A DNA stretch of 64,000 bases from Micavibrio sp. (GCA_040377425.1 JBEIOU010000002.1:145355-209354); one strand, 5' to 3'. Numbered from the stretch's first letter, positions 45,446 to 54,687 are shown. Numbers and translations: made by a program. The notes: generated by a model from the letters alone, not told the origin.

Positions 45446-48199
45446 ATGCTGGGTGGTATGGCATTCCTGTTTCCTTGGCTGCTGGGCGGGCTTTTGCTGA
45501 TCCCTGTCCTGTGGTGGCTTTTGCGTGTGATGCCGCCGCGGGCACGCGCTGTTAAATTCCCTGCCTTCTTTTTACTGGAAGGCCTCAAGACCGACGTTAA
45601 AACGGCATCCAAAACGCCGTGGTGGCTGTTGCTGCTCCGCTCCTTGATTGTTCTGTTGTTTGTGCTGGCAATGGCGGAGCCTGTCATGCGCCTGTCGCGC
45701 GGATTGCCGGGCGAAGGTGGTTCTGTGCTGGTGATCGTTGATAACGGCTACAGCGCCGCCGCGCATTGGGATGAACGCGCCGCACGTCTGCGTGAATACA
45801 TGCCCCAAATCGGCCGCAGCGACCGCAGCGTTATTTTCCTGCCGACCGCCGCATCGGCGCAGGATGGTAAAATCCGTATCCACGGCCCCATGGGGGCCGG
45901 CGAAGCTGAAAAATGGGTAGATAGCCTGAAGCCGCAACCGTGGCCTGCCGACCATGCCGCCGCGGCCGCCGCGGCGCGTGAACTGCTGGCAGGGGAACAG
46001 CGCATCAGCCATGCCCTGTTCCTGAGCGATGGCACCATCCCCGGTAAAGAAGAAGAAACAAATGCGCTGATCGATGGCGTCAACGAAAAAACCGAATTGA
46101 CGCTGGTGCGCGATGACCGTGTGAATACGCCGCATATCCTGCGCCGCAATCCGACGCATCCGGCTGAATTGTCCCTGACGATGGAGCGTCTGGTAAAACT
46201 GTCGCGCGATGAACAATTGCTGCTCACCGCCTATGGCAGCGATGGCAACGCGATTGATGAACTGGCCTTTACCTTCCCCGGCGGTGCGGCGAAGACAGAT
46301 ATTAAATGGGAACTGCTGAACGAAGTGCGCAGCCGCATCGCGCGTATCTCGCTCCGACAGCTGCCAATGGCATCCGCCGTATTCATGACGGATTCCCAGT
46401 GGCAACAACATACCGCCGGCATTCTGGCCGATGACAAGGCCCGCGAAAGCGCCAGCTTTCTGAACGAAGTCTATTACCTGCGCCGCGCCTTGGCCGCCAC
46501 GGGCAAGCCCGTGCTGGGCAATGTGGAGGAGCTGACCAAACAGCCCATGTCTGCCGTGATCTGGCCGGACAGCACCGCGCTGACGGCGGTTGAACGTGTT
46601 GAACTGGTCAACTGGGTTCGTGCGGGCGGTTTCCTGATCCGTTTTGCGGGCCCCAATCTGGCAGGTAGCCCCGAAGATCCGCTGCTGCCGGTGGGTCTGC
46701 GCTATGGCCAGCGTGCGATGCAGGGCGCACTGACGTGGGAAAAACCTGTCAGCCTGGGTACGATGGCCGATCATAGCCCGCTGCTGGGCCTGTCTGTCCC
46801 GCAGGATGTCACCGTCACGCGTCAGGTGCTGGCAAGCCCGACGCCCGAAGTGTTCGAACGTACATGGATGACCCTGTCCGATGGCACGCCGCTGATTACG
46901 GGCGGGCGCGTGGGCGATGGCACGGTTGTGCTGGTGCATACGACCGCGGGGCCGGATTGGTCGAATTTTTGCTATTCAGGTTTGTATGTCGATGCGTTGC
47001 AGCGTTTGATTTCTCTCGGCTCCGGCGCGGCAGATTTCAGGCCTGAAACGATTTTGTCGCCGATGATGCTGATGGATGGTTTTGGCCGTCTGTCCACACC
47101 CGATCCGCGCAGTGTTGCCCGTCCGCTGGACCCGCAGGCGGATTATAAACCCTCGCCCGAAACGCCGCCTGGTATTTACGGCGTTGAAAAACAGTTCAAG
47201 GTTTATAACCTCGGCAACGCTTTGCCGCCGATGAAGGCGCTGGGCGATGTACCCGCCACCGTGCGTCAAGATACCTATCAGCTGGAAGGGGAGCGTAGCT
47301 TGAAGCCGGATCTGCTGAAATGGGCATTGCTGCTCTTGCTGATCGATACCTTTGTGACGCTGTTCCTGCGCGGTGTGATCGCCCTGCCGGCGCGTTATGC
47401 GGCATCGGTTGCGGTGGGGGTATTGGCACTGGCCTTGGTCGCAACGCCCGCACAGGCGCAAGATACACCCGAAGAAGCGGATTTGCTGACCGGCGTTTAT
47501 CTGGCCTATGTCGAAACCGGCGATCAGGAAACCGACCGTATCAGCCACAGCGGGCTGGAAGGGCTGCGTACGGCCATCAACCTGCGCACCAATATAAAAA
47601 TATCGGGCGTGCGCGGTGTCGATCCGTCCAGCGATGCGCTTTATTTCTACCCCTTCCTGTACTGGCCGATGACGGATTCGCAGGCCGCGTTGCCGGGCAG
47701 TGCGGCGCGTGCGCTGCAAAGCTACATGGCGCAGGGTGGTATGATTGTATTCGATACGCGCGACCAGCAATTCGCCGCCGATGATGGTCGCGGCCCGCAG
47801 GGCGCGACCATCGGCCAGCGCCGTTTGCGCAAGCTGACCGAAAACATCCAGATTTCCGAACTGATGCCCGTTGAAAGCGGTCATATCATCGGTAAAAGTT
47901 TTTACCTGCTCAATAACTTTCCGGGGCTTTATACCGGCGGGTCGCTATGGGTTGAAAAAGAACCCAGCCCCGATCATGACGGCGTCACGTCTGTTTTTAT
48001 CGGTGGCAATGATTGGGCATCGGCATGGTCTGACGCGGGCGTTGATCGTGAACGTTTTAACCGCATCGCTGTAAACGGCCCACGCCAGCGCGAAATCGCG
48101 CTGCGCTTTGGTATCAATCTGGCCATGGTGGCATTGGCGGGTAATTACAAAGCCGATCAGGTGCATGTGCCCTATATCCTGCAAAGGATCAGCCGATGA
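45446..48199 (+). CDS. BatA-type N-terminal double-TM domain / DUF4159 protein
   Basis: N-terminus FLFPWLLGGLLLIPVLWWLLR (TIGR02226-like). C-terminal DUF4159-like region (GGMIVFDTRD..., GGNDWASAW). Confidence 0.8.
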   Translation: MLGGMAFLFPWLLGGLLLIPVLWWLLRVMPPRARAVKFPAFFLLEGLKTDVKTASKTPWWLLLLRSLIVLLFVLAMAEPVMRLSRGLPGEGGSVLVIVDNGYSAAAHWDERAARLREYMPQIGRSDRSVIFLPTAASAQDGKIRIHGPMGAGEAEKWVDSLKPQPWPADHAAAAAAARELLAGEQRISHALFLSDGTIPGKEEETNALIDGVNEKTELTLVRDDRVNTPHILRRNPTHPAELSLTMERLVKLSRDEQLLLTAYGSDGNAIDELAFTFPGGAAKTDIKWELLNEVRSRIARISLRQLPMASAVFMTDSQWQQHTAGILADDKARESASFLNEVYYLRRALAATGKPVLGNVEELTKQPMSAVIWPDSTALTAVERVELVNWVRAGGFLIRFAGPNLAGSPEDPLLPVGLRYGQRAMQGALTWEKPVSLGTMADHSPLLGLSVPQDVTVTRQVLASPTPEVFERTWMTLSDGTPLITGGRVGDGTVVLVHTTAGPDWSNFCYSGLYVDALQRLISLGSGAADFRPETILSPMMLMDGFGRLSTPDPRSVARPLDPQADYKPSPETPPGIYGVEKQFKVYNLGNALPPMKALGDVPATVRQDTYQLEGERSLKPDLLKWALLLLLIDTFVTLFLRGVIALPARYAASVAVGVLALALVATPAQAQDTPEEADLLTGVYLAYVETGDQETDRISHSGLEGLRTAINLRTNIKISGVRGVDPSSDALYFYPFLYWPMTDSQAALPGSAARALQSYMAQGGMIVFDTRDQQFAADDGRGPQGATIGQRRLRKLTENIQISELMPVESGHIIGKSFYLLNNFPGLYTGGSLWVEKEPSPDHDGVTSVFIGGNDWASAWSDAGVDRERFNRIAVNGPRQREIALRFGINLAMVALAGNYKADQVHVPYILQRISR

Positions 48200-50289
48200 A
48201 CGCGTCATTCCAATGGTTCCCGTTTTTACCGGATATTTACTACACCGCATTGGCGGTGGGGGCGCTGATTGTGATGTCGCTGGCGCTGTGGCGCAAAATG
48301 CCTGATGCGGGCTGGCGCGGCATTTTTGCGCTGGTATTGCTGTTCATGCTGATGAACCCCATGATCTCGCGCGAAGACCGCAACGGTCTGCCCGATAAAC
48401 TGGTGATTGTGGTTGATGAAAGTCCCAGCCAGAAAATTGGCGAGCGTGATAAAACAACCGAAGAAGCGCTGCGTCAGGTGCTGGCCAAAGTAGAAAGTTT
48501 GCCGGGGCTGGAGCCCTTGGTGATCCGTGCCGGGCAAGACGCCCGCGGCATGCGCGGCGATGGCACGTATATGTTCACCCAGCTGCGTGATAACCTGATG
48601 AGCATTCCGCTGTCACAGGTTGCGGGCACGGTATTGATCACGGATGGCCAAGTGCACGACGTACCCGATGCCCTCGGACCCTTGGAAAAGATCGCACCTG
48701 TACATGCAATTTTGTCCGGTAAGCGTGGCGAATTTGACCGCAAGGTATCGATTGTGACCGCGCCCAAATACGGCGTGCTGGATGAATCTATCCGCATTGG
48801 CGTGCGCGTCGAAAGCTTTGGCGACGACAGCCGCAACATGTTGCCGCTGGAAGTCAAACAAGACGGCAAAGTGATCGAAACCGCGCAAATCATGCCCGGC
48901 GAAATGCGTGATTTCAGCTTCAAGATCAAGCACCCCGGCCAGAATATCTATGAGTTTTCCATTCCCGCCGAAGAGGGAGAGCTAACCCCGCACAACAACC
49001 GCGCCCCCGTGATTGTCAACGGTATCCGTGATCGTCTGCGTGTGCTGCTGGTATCCGATGCGCCCTATATGGGGCAGCGTGCATGGCGTAACCTGCTGAA
49101 ATCCGATCCGGCGATTGATCTGGTGCATTTCACTATTTTGCGTTCTTTGGCGGCTGTTGACAGCACCCCGCAGAATGAAATGTCGCTGATCGCCTTTCCG
49201 GTGCATGAACTGTTTGAACAGCGCATCCGCGATTTCGATCTGATTATTTTTGACCGCTATCAGCAATACGGTTTCCTGCTGCCGCATTATTTTAACAATA
49301 TCTCGTCTTTTATCCGCGATGGCGGGGCATTCCTGCTGGCGCTGGGGACGCAGGAAAACGACATGATGCTGTTCAACAGCGTGCTTGGTAAACAGATGCC
49401 CGTGCAAATGGGCGGCATGGGCGGGCAGCAGGTGGTAAAGAAGACCTTCCGCCCCACGCTGACCGATACGGGGCTCAAGCATCCTGTTACTGCCGATCTG
49501 AACCGCAACAAAGACGCTGACAAATGGGGGGAGTGGTATACATCGCTCGACCTGACGCAATCGCGCGGCGATATGCTCATGAAAGGCGCCGATGGCCGCC
49601 CGCTGCTGGTGCTTGATAAAGTCGGCGAGGGACGCGTCGCAGTGCTGGGCAGCGATAACATCTGGCTGTGGTCTAAAGGGCAAGAAGGCACGCGCGGGCC
49701 TTATACAGAACTGCTGCGCAACCTGTCGCATTGGCTGATGAAAGAGCCGGAGCTGGAAGAAGATTACATCAAGGCCGAAGCCGAAGGCTACGTCATCACC
49801 ATCAGCCAGCGCAACATGACGGGTGCGCCCAAACCGGTGCAAATGACCGCGCCCGATGGCAGCCAGAAAACCATTAAAACCGAAAACGCGATCGACGGCG
49901 GCTGGATGGTCGCTCGCGAAACGGTGGAGCAAAGCGGCATTTATAAATTTACCAACGGTACGCGCGAATCCTATGTGGTTGTCGGCGCATCGCAAAGCGT
50001 CGAGTTTAACGCGGTTCACACAACGGCCGAAGTTCTGCAGCCCATCGTCGATAAATCGGGCGGCGAGATTATCTGGTTCCGCGATAATCCCGATCTGGCA
50101 CTACGCTGGCTGGGCAACAATGACCGTGCAGGCGGCGGGGACGGCTGGCTGGGGCTGCGCCGTAATAATGCCTATACGGTTGATAGTGTGACAACTTCGG
50201 CGATTTTGCCCAATGGCTGGCTGCTGCTGATTCTGCTGGTGGGGCTGGTCGCGGTCTGGTGGCGCGAAGGCGGCAAAAAAGGCATTTAA
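48196..50289 (+). CDS. membrane protein of the DUF58/DUF4159 cluster
   Basis: ATGA-coupled to the upstream gene. Has N-terminal and C-terminal TM segments. This is the usual fourth gene of such clusters. Confidence 0.7.
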   Translation: MNASFQWFPFLPDIYYTALAVGALIVMSLALWRKMPDAGWRGIFALVLLFMLMNPMISREDRNGLPDKLVIVVDESPSQKIGERDKTTEEALRQVLAKVESLPGLEPLVIRAGQDARGMRGDGTYMFTQLRDNLMSIPLSQVAGTVLITDGQVHDVPDALGPLEKIAPVHAILSGKRGEFDRKVSIVTAPKYGVLDESIRIGVRVESFGDDSRNMLPLEVKQDGKVIETAQIMPGEMRDFSFKIKHPGQNIYEFSIPAEEGELTPHNNRAPVIVNGIRDRLRVLLVSDAPYMGQRAWRNLLKSDPAIDLVHFTILRSLAAVDSTPQNEMSLIAFPVHELFEQRIRDFDLIIFDRYQQYGFLLPHYFNNISSFIRDGGAFLLALGTQENDMMLFNSVLGKQMPVQMGGMGGQQVVKKTFRPTLTDTGLKHPVTADLNRNKDADKWGEWYTSLDLTQSRGDMLMKGADGRPLLVLDKVGEGRVAVLGSDNIWLWSKGQEGTRGPYTELLRNLSHWLMKEPELEEDYIKAEAEGYVITISQRNMTGAPKPVQMTAPDGSQKTIKTENAIDGGWMVARETVEQSGIYKFTNGTRESYVVVGASQSVEFNAVHTTAEVLQPIVDKSGGEIIWFRDNPDLALRWLGNNDRAGGGDGWLGLRRNNAYTVDSVTTSAILPNGWLLLILLVGLVAVWWREGGKKGI

Positions 50290-50323
50290 ATCAATAAATT
50301 GCCTAGTGTACCCCAAAAGGTAA

Positions 50324-50353
50324 TTGACTCGGTCGTGGGGTACTCTTTAATAT
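50324..50353 (+). promoter_or_regulatory. putative promoter of the small ORF unit
   Basis: TTGACT, 18 nt, TAATAT, inside an 8-bp inverted repeat GTACCCCA...TGGGGTAC. Confidence 0.3.
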
Positions 50354-50398
50354 ACACCAATATTGATTTTCACTGATTCAGGGCAGGTATACAAAATC

Positions 50399-50506
50399 AT
50401 GAGCATGAAAGCGAAACTCGGCCAGACGCAACAGCCAAAACCGTTCGCTCCTTCCGCGCCAGCAAAAGCGCCCTCTGCTCCTGTGCCTGCCGCACCTACC
50501 AAGTAA
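50399..50506 (+). CDS. candidate small protein (35 aa, Pro/Ala/Lys-rich) or small RNA
   Basis: ATG...TAA encodes MSMKAKLGQTQQPKPFAPSAPAKAPSAPVPAAPTK. Has its own putative promoter and a strong terminator. Weak SD. Not in the ORF track (under 60 aa). Confidence 0.3.
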   Translation: MSMKAKLGQTQQPKPFAPSAPAKAPSAPVPAAPTK

Positions 50507-50513
50507 ATCTTTC

Positions 50514-50545
50514 AAAAAAGCCGCCTGCATGTCTGGCGGCTTTTT
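50514..50545. terminator. bidirectional intrinsic terminator
   Basis: AAAAAAGCCGCC-TGCATGTCT-GGCGGCTTTTT. Confidence 0.8.
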
Positions 50546-50554
50546 GTTTGCGCG

Positions 50555-50920
50555 TTATACAGCCTTGTTCCGTGCAAACAGCGCATAGGCATCATTCAGT
50601 GTCGCGCAATAGCTGACCAGCCCGCCATTAAACCCCACCATGCGTAAAACCGATGCCGGCTGCCCTTTGGCGGCGGCGAAAACCAACCGGCCTTTTTTTT
50701 CATGTGCCTGCTTCAGCAGGCTGACAAACAGGCCAACGCCGTGGCTGTCCAAAAAACCGACATCGCGCATGTCAACGATCAGGTTCGCGGTATCGTCCGA
50801 TAATTGCCGCTGCAGTGCGGGGCGTATTTGCAGCACCGACGATGCATCGATGAAGCCGTAAAACCGGATAAGGGTGTAATCCGGCGCAGGCTGGATTTCG
50901 AAAACATTGCCGATGTTCAT
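50555..50920 (-). CDS. STAS domain anti-sigma-factor antagonist
   Basis: SpoIIAA-like. Conserved phosphorylatable-serine context VGFLDSHGVG. Confidence 0.85.
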   Translation of the reverse strand: MNIGNVFEIQPAPDYTLIRFYGFIDASSVLQIRPALQRQLSDDTANLIVDMRDVGFLDSHGVGLFVSLLKQAHEKKGRLVFAAAKGQPASVLRMVGFNGGLVSYCATLNDAYALFARNKAV

Positions 50921-52587
50921 ACGGGCTCCCCTTCAAAAGCGGCGATAATCAATGTCGCATCATCTGCGGCGCGGTTGTACGCGCCCCTGTTGTTATCAAA
51001 CGCCTGCCAGAGCTGCCGCGCCAGTTGATCGCCCGAGCCATGACCGTGCGCCGCCAAAAGTGCCAGTAGCGTGTGCGGCGCGGCAGGGGCGCTGTCGCTG
51101 TCGTTGTCGGGTGCTTCTTGATGAAACACATCCAGAAAGCCGTCCGTGGCAAACAGAACTTTGTCCCCGCGCAGCAGCGTGCGGCGGTATTCATGGTATC
51201 CGCTATGCCCCGTCATACCGGGCAGCGCCCCCATAACCGGCAGCGGCGTGGCGTGCCCGTTCTGGATTAAAATCGGCGGCGGGTGACCGGCGCTGGCGAT
51301 GCGGATGTCACCGCCGCGCCCCAGATGAAAGCTTTGGCATGTCAGCAGCGTGCCATCCAGAAAATCATCATTTCCGACCGCATCTGACAGGGACTGTAAA
51401 AAATCCGATGTGCGTATATCGTCTTTTTCGTGCGCCATGCTGCGAAACAGGCTGCGTAAATATCCGGCATAGGCATAGGCAAAAAACTTGGCCTGCAATC
51501 CATGCCCCATCACATCGGCCAGAACGGCCAAAAGGCCATCCGGCGTTTCATGGTGCAGCGTAAAATCACCACCACCCACTTCGGCCATGCGGTTGAGGGT
51601 CGTGATGCGCCATGGCCCTGCAACCGTCGGCAACGACGGGTGCAGGTATTTTTGAATATCACGGTGAAACCGCTCTTCAATCGCGCGGCCCAGCTGTTCG
51701 CGGCGGCCTAAAATACGCTCCGCCGTACGCGCGAGGCTTTGGGATGATACAGGCTTGATTAAATAATCATCAATGCCCAGACGTAAAATGCCACGGTCGT
51801 TGATCCCCTCGCTGGAGGCACTGAGAAAAACAAACGGCACCGTGTCACCATCGGGCAAGGCCGATATCTGGCGGCGAAGCGCGATGCCGTCCACCTGCGG
51901 CATGTGCAGGTCGGATATCACCAGATCGGGCCGCTGCACGCGAAATAGCGCCAGCGCAGATGCGGCATCGGGCAGGGGCACAACATCATAAAGCCCCGCC
52001 AGCATGCGGTGATGCGCCTTCAGATCGCCTGCGTCGTCATCCACCAGAAAGATAACAGGTTTGCGTGCGCGGTTTTTTTGTGGCGTCGCGTCTTCTTTGG
52101 GCGGCGGGATTTGTTTGCGGTCATCAATAGTAAAATGATTGCGGCCATCCGCGCTATGGTCTGCGGGCGTATAGGTTACGCGGGTATGCTGAACCAAAAC
52201 GCAGCCAATCCCGTATCCGTTTTCGGCCATGCTTTCGGCCGCGCGCATACGGGCGAGGGCGGTCTTGCAAATAGCGTCGAATGTTGCAAAAGGCGTGCTG
52301 TCATCTGCAATATCCAGCCGCACGCCGCCCGTGCCAGTTTCGATAGCGATATCCATGCGGGTGGCCTTTTGCGGCGGGTGGCGCACAAGGTTTGATATGA
52401 CTTCGGACAGCGATAGACAAAGTTTATCTGTGTATGCCGCAGGCAATCCGGCAAGATCAAGAAAACGCTTCATTTCGGCGCGAAGGCCGGGCATGCATGA
52501 ATATGCGGGGCTGGATACGCTGCGCCGCCATGTCAGCGGTGTTTGCGTTTGGGGTGGGCTATAGCCAGATAAAAGATCTGCGTGCAA
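50917..52587 (-). CDS. fusion protein: RsbW-like serine kinase (HATPase) + response-regulator receiver + PP2C/SpoIIE phosphatase
   Basis: aa ~20-155 SEVISNLVRH...ENGYGIGCVL. aa ~177-295 PVIFLVDDD...DLVISDLHMP...YLIKP. aa ~315-553 GGDFT...ADVMGHG...FATDG. ATGA-coupled to the STAS gene. TTG start behind SD GGGGGA, so the start is uncertain. Confidence 0.85.
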   Translation of the reverse strand: MHADLLSGYSPPQTQTPLTWRRSVSSPAYSCMPGLRAEMKRFLDLAGLPAAYTDKLCLSLSEVISNLVRHPPQKATRMDIAIETGTGGVRLDIADDSTPFATFDAICKTALARMRAAESMAENGYGIGCVLVQHTRVTYTPADHSADGRNHFTIDDRKQIPPPKEDATPQKNRARKPVIFLVDDDAGDLKAHHRMLAGLYDVVPLPDAASALALFRVQRPDLVISDLHMPQVDGIALRRQISALPDGDTVPFVFLSASSEGINDRGILRLGIDDYLIKPVSSQSLARTAERILGRREQLGRAIEERFHRDIQKYLHPSLPTVAGPWRITTLNRMAEVGGGDFTLHHETPDGLLAVLADVMGHGLQAKFFAYAYAGYLRSLFRSMAHEKDDIRTSDFLQSLSDAVGNDDFLDGTLLTCQSFHLGRGGDIRIASAGHPPPILIQNGHATPLPVMGALPGMTGHSGYHEYRRTLLRGDKVLFATDGFLDVFHQEAPDNDSDSAPAAPHTLLALLAAHGHGSGDQLARQLWQAFDNNRGAYNRAADDATLIIAAFEGEPV

Positions 52588-52645
52588 ATAAATTCCCCCG
52601 TATTTTTTGAATACAGGGGAACATACGCAATTCGCATGCCAGCGC

Positions 52646-52684
52646 GGCGGCGCGTTATTTTTTGTGGCGGCGCGTTATTTTTTG
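52646..52684. repeat. tandem direct repeat, 2 x 19 nt at 20-nt period
   Basis: GGCGGCGCGTTATTTTTTG at 52646-52664 and 52666-52684. The second copy contains the slt stop codon. Confidence 0.9.
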
Positions 52685-54669
52685 GGAAGGTCTGTGATAA
52701 TAACACCCGTTTCGCCAAACCGCAGGCGATACATATGGTATGACTCCATCACACGCTGGATGTAATTGCGCGTCTCGTAAATAGGCAGCAGTTCGACCCA
52801 ATCTACAATATCAATTTCACCTTTGCGCGGATCGCCAAAGGCGGCAATCCACTGGTCTACGCGGCCCGGGCCGGCGTTGTAGGCGGCAATCGCCATGGGA
52901 TAATATCCGCCAAAGCGATCCAGCATGCTTTGCAGGTAATAAGACCCCAGCGTGATGTTATATTTCGGGTCGCGTGTCAGGTCTTCCAGTTTGTAAGTCT
53001 TGTTGACCTTGCGCGATGTATCTTTGGCGGTGCCGGGCATCAGCTGCATCAGCCCGCGCGCGCCCACGGGGCTTTGTGCGTTGGTGTTGAACATGCTTTC
53101 GCGGTGGATGATGGCATGTACCAGTGATTTTTCCGGTTTGGACGACGGCAGATTGGTCAGTGTCGGATATCCTTCGCCCGGCAGGAAACGGCCGAGTTTT
53201 TGCTGGATGTCCTTGTTCGCCTGCACGCTATAATAATAACGGCCTGTGTCACGCGCCAGTTTTGCGATCATCAGATAATCCGCTTCGTCTTTGGCATCGG
53301 CCAGCAGGCGGGCGAAAAACGTATCTGTATAATGTGGCAATTCGGCGCGTATCAAAAGACGTATCACGCGTACGCGGTCGTCGGCGTCAAAAGCTGTCCA
53401 GCGTTCCGGCAGCACCAGCGGATCGCGCACAGCTGCCGGCTTTGCGGGGCCGAAGATAGCGGCATGGCTCATCTGCCCGTAATACGTTGACAGATAAATT
53501 GCGGATTTTTTATGCCATTCATTGGCCAGGACGCCGTCCGGCAGGGCGGCTGCGGCGCGTGCAGACCAATAGGCCGCGCGCGATTTGCTGATACCTGCCT
53601 GCACTTTGTCGTACAGACCGGAAAAATGTTTATACGCCACCGTCGGCTGATTGAGGAAACGCAGCGACAGCCAGCCGATCAGCCATTCGGCCTGTGCATA
53701 TCCACTGCCGTCGCGCAGGCCATGCTGCATCAGGATATCGCGCGCAGCTTTGTAATCGCCACGTTCAATCGTGCGGCGGGCGATGATGTTGATCTCGCTC
53801 CACCATGCTTCGCCTTGTGTTGTGTTTTTGGGTCGCAGCGCCAGCAGCTCCATCGCGCCGCTATCCATGCCGCGTTTGCGGCGCCAGCGCATGCGCTCAA
53901 ACGCAACGCCTTCGCTGTTTTGCAGCACGGGGGGCATAGCTTCGATCAGGGCGCTCGCGTTTTTATCGCCGCGTGCCAGCGCCAGACGCGCCGCTGCGGT
54001 TGCGCGCGTTTGCGGGCCGGCGAAGGGCAGCAGCAAATCCGCCTCCGCATAGCGGCCTTCCCAGATTAGCCTGTCCATGCGGTCGGCGTGCAGTTGCGGC
54101 GTCAGGTAACGCCCGTAAATGCCGATCAGCGACTGCATCTCTTTTTTGTTCAGTTTTGTGCTGCGCCAGAAATCGTGCAGCGCGGCCTGCGCTTTTTGCG
54201 TCTGGCTGCGGGCGGCCAGCGACGTCATATACATCTTAATGCCGTCATAGGTGCGCGGCGGATGTGCACCAAACCACGCGATGGCTTCGTCGGTGCTGAC
54301 GGTGCCTTCCATGTTTTGTTCGATCTTGTCGCGCATGGTGTGCAGGCGCGGCCAGTTCGGGTTGTTTTTCATGAAATTGATCAAATCGGGCGCGTGCATC
54401 GGCACACGGCTTTCGGTCGCATAGAGCCAGATCAGCAGCTTGCGCACCAGCGGATCCTGCCGCTGCGACAGCAGGCCGACCGTTTTTTGCAGGTCGACAT
54501 CGGTCATCATCAGATCGGTTGTGCCCTGCGCAAAAGCGGGATTTGCCGTGAAGATCTGCGGCGAAAGCGTCAAAAAGGCCACAAAAGCGCCAAAAACTGC
54601 GCCCAAGACGGATTTCCGTAGCGCCTGCGGCTTGCTTGCGGGGCGCGGGGCGGCTACATTGAGGGGCAT
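52675..54669 (-). CDS. slt: soluble lytic murein transglycosylase (Slt70-like)
   Basis: Signal peptide, superhelical repeat domain, and SLT catalytic motif HAIIHRESMFN...GARGLMQLMPGTA. Start trimmed to the ATG at 54669, because the longer ORF overlaps dapA. Confidence 0.9.
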   Translation of the reverse strand: MPLNVAAPRPASKPQALRKSVLGAVFGAFVAFLTLSPQIFTANPAFAQGTTDLMMTDVDLQKTVGLLSQRQDPLVRKLLIWLYATESRVPMHAPDLINFMKNNPNWPRLHTMRDKIEQNMEGTVSTDEAIAWFGAHPPRTYDGIKMYMTSLAARSQTQKAQAALHDFWRSTKLNKKEMQSLIGIYGRYLTPQLHADRMDRLIWEGRYAEADLLLPFAGPQTRATAAARLALARGDKNASALIEAMPPVLQNSEGVAFERMRWRRKRGMDSGAMELLALRPKNTTQGEAWWSEINIIARRTIERGDYKAARDILMQHGLRDGSGYAQAEWLIGWLSLRFLNQPTVAYKHFSGLYDKVQAGISKSRAAYWSARAAAALPDGVLANEWHKKSAIYLSTYYGQMSHAAIFGPAKPAAVRDPLVLPERWTAFDADDRVRVIRLLIRAELPHYTDTFFARLLADAKDEADYLMIAKLARDTGRYYYSVQANKDIQQKLGRFLPGEGYPTLTNLPSSKPEKSLVHAIIHRESMFNTNAQSPVGARGLMQLMPGTAKDTSRKVNKTYKLEDLTRDPKYNITLGSYYLQSMLDRFGGYYPMAIAAYNAGPGRVDQWIAAFGDPRKGEIDIVDWVELLPIYETRNYIQRVMESYHMYRLRFGETGVIITDLPKK

Positions 54670-54687
54670 CTGCCAAGGAGAAGAAAA

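Noticed and set aside
45572-46939. 455-aa minus-strand ORF antisense to the DUF4159 gene.
   Set aside because: It is a shadow ORF typical of GC-rich DNA, with Arg/His/Gln/Gly-rich low-information sequence, no SD and no homology. The sense-strand gene has clear family features.
48982-50019. 345-aa minus-strand ORF antisense to the last Bat-like gene. The same pattern holds for 17945..18916, 62849..63925, 42230..43120, 38543..39442, 20600..21541 and 13350..14012.
   Set aside because: All lie fully within stronger opposite-strand genes and have Arg/His/Gln-rich shadow-frame composition.
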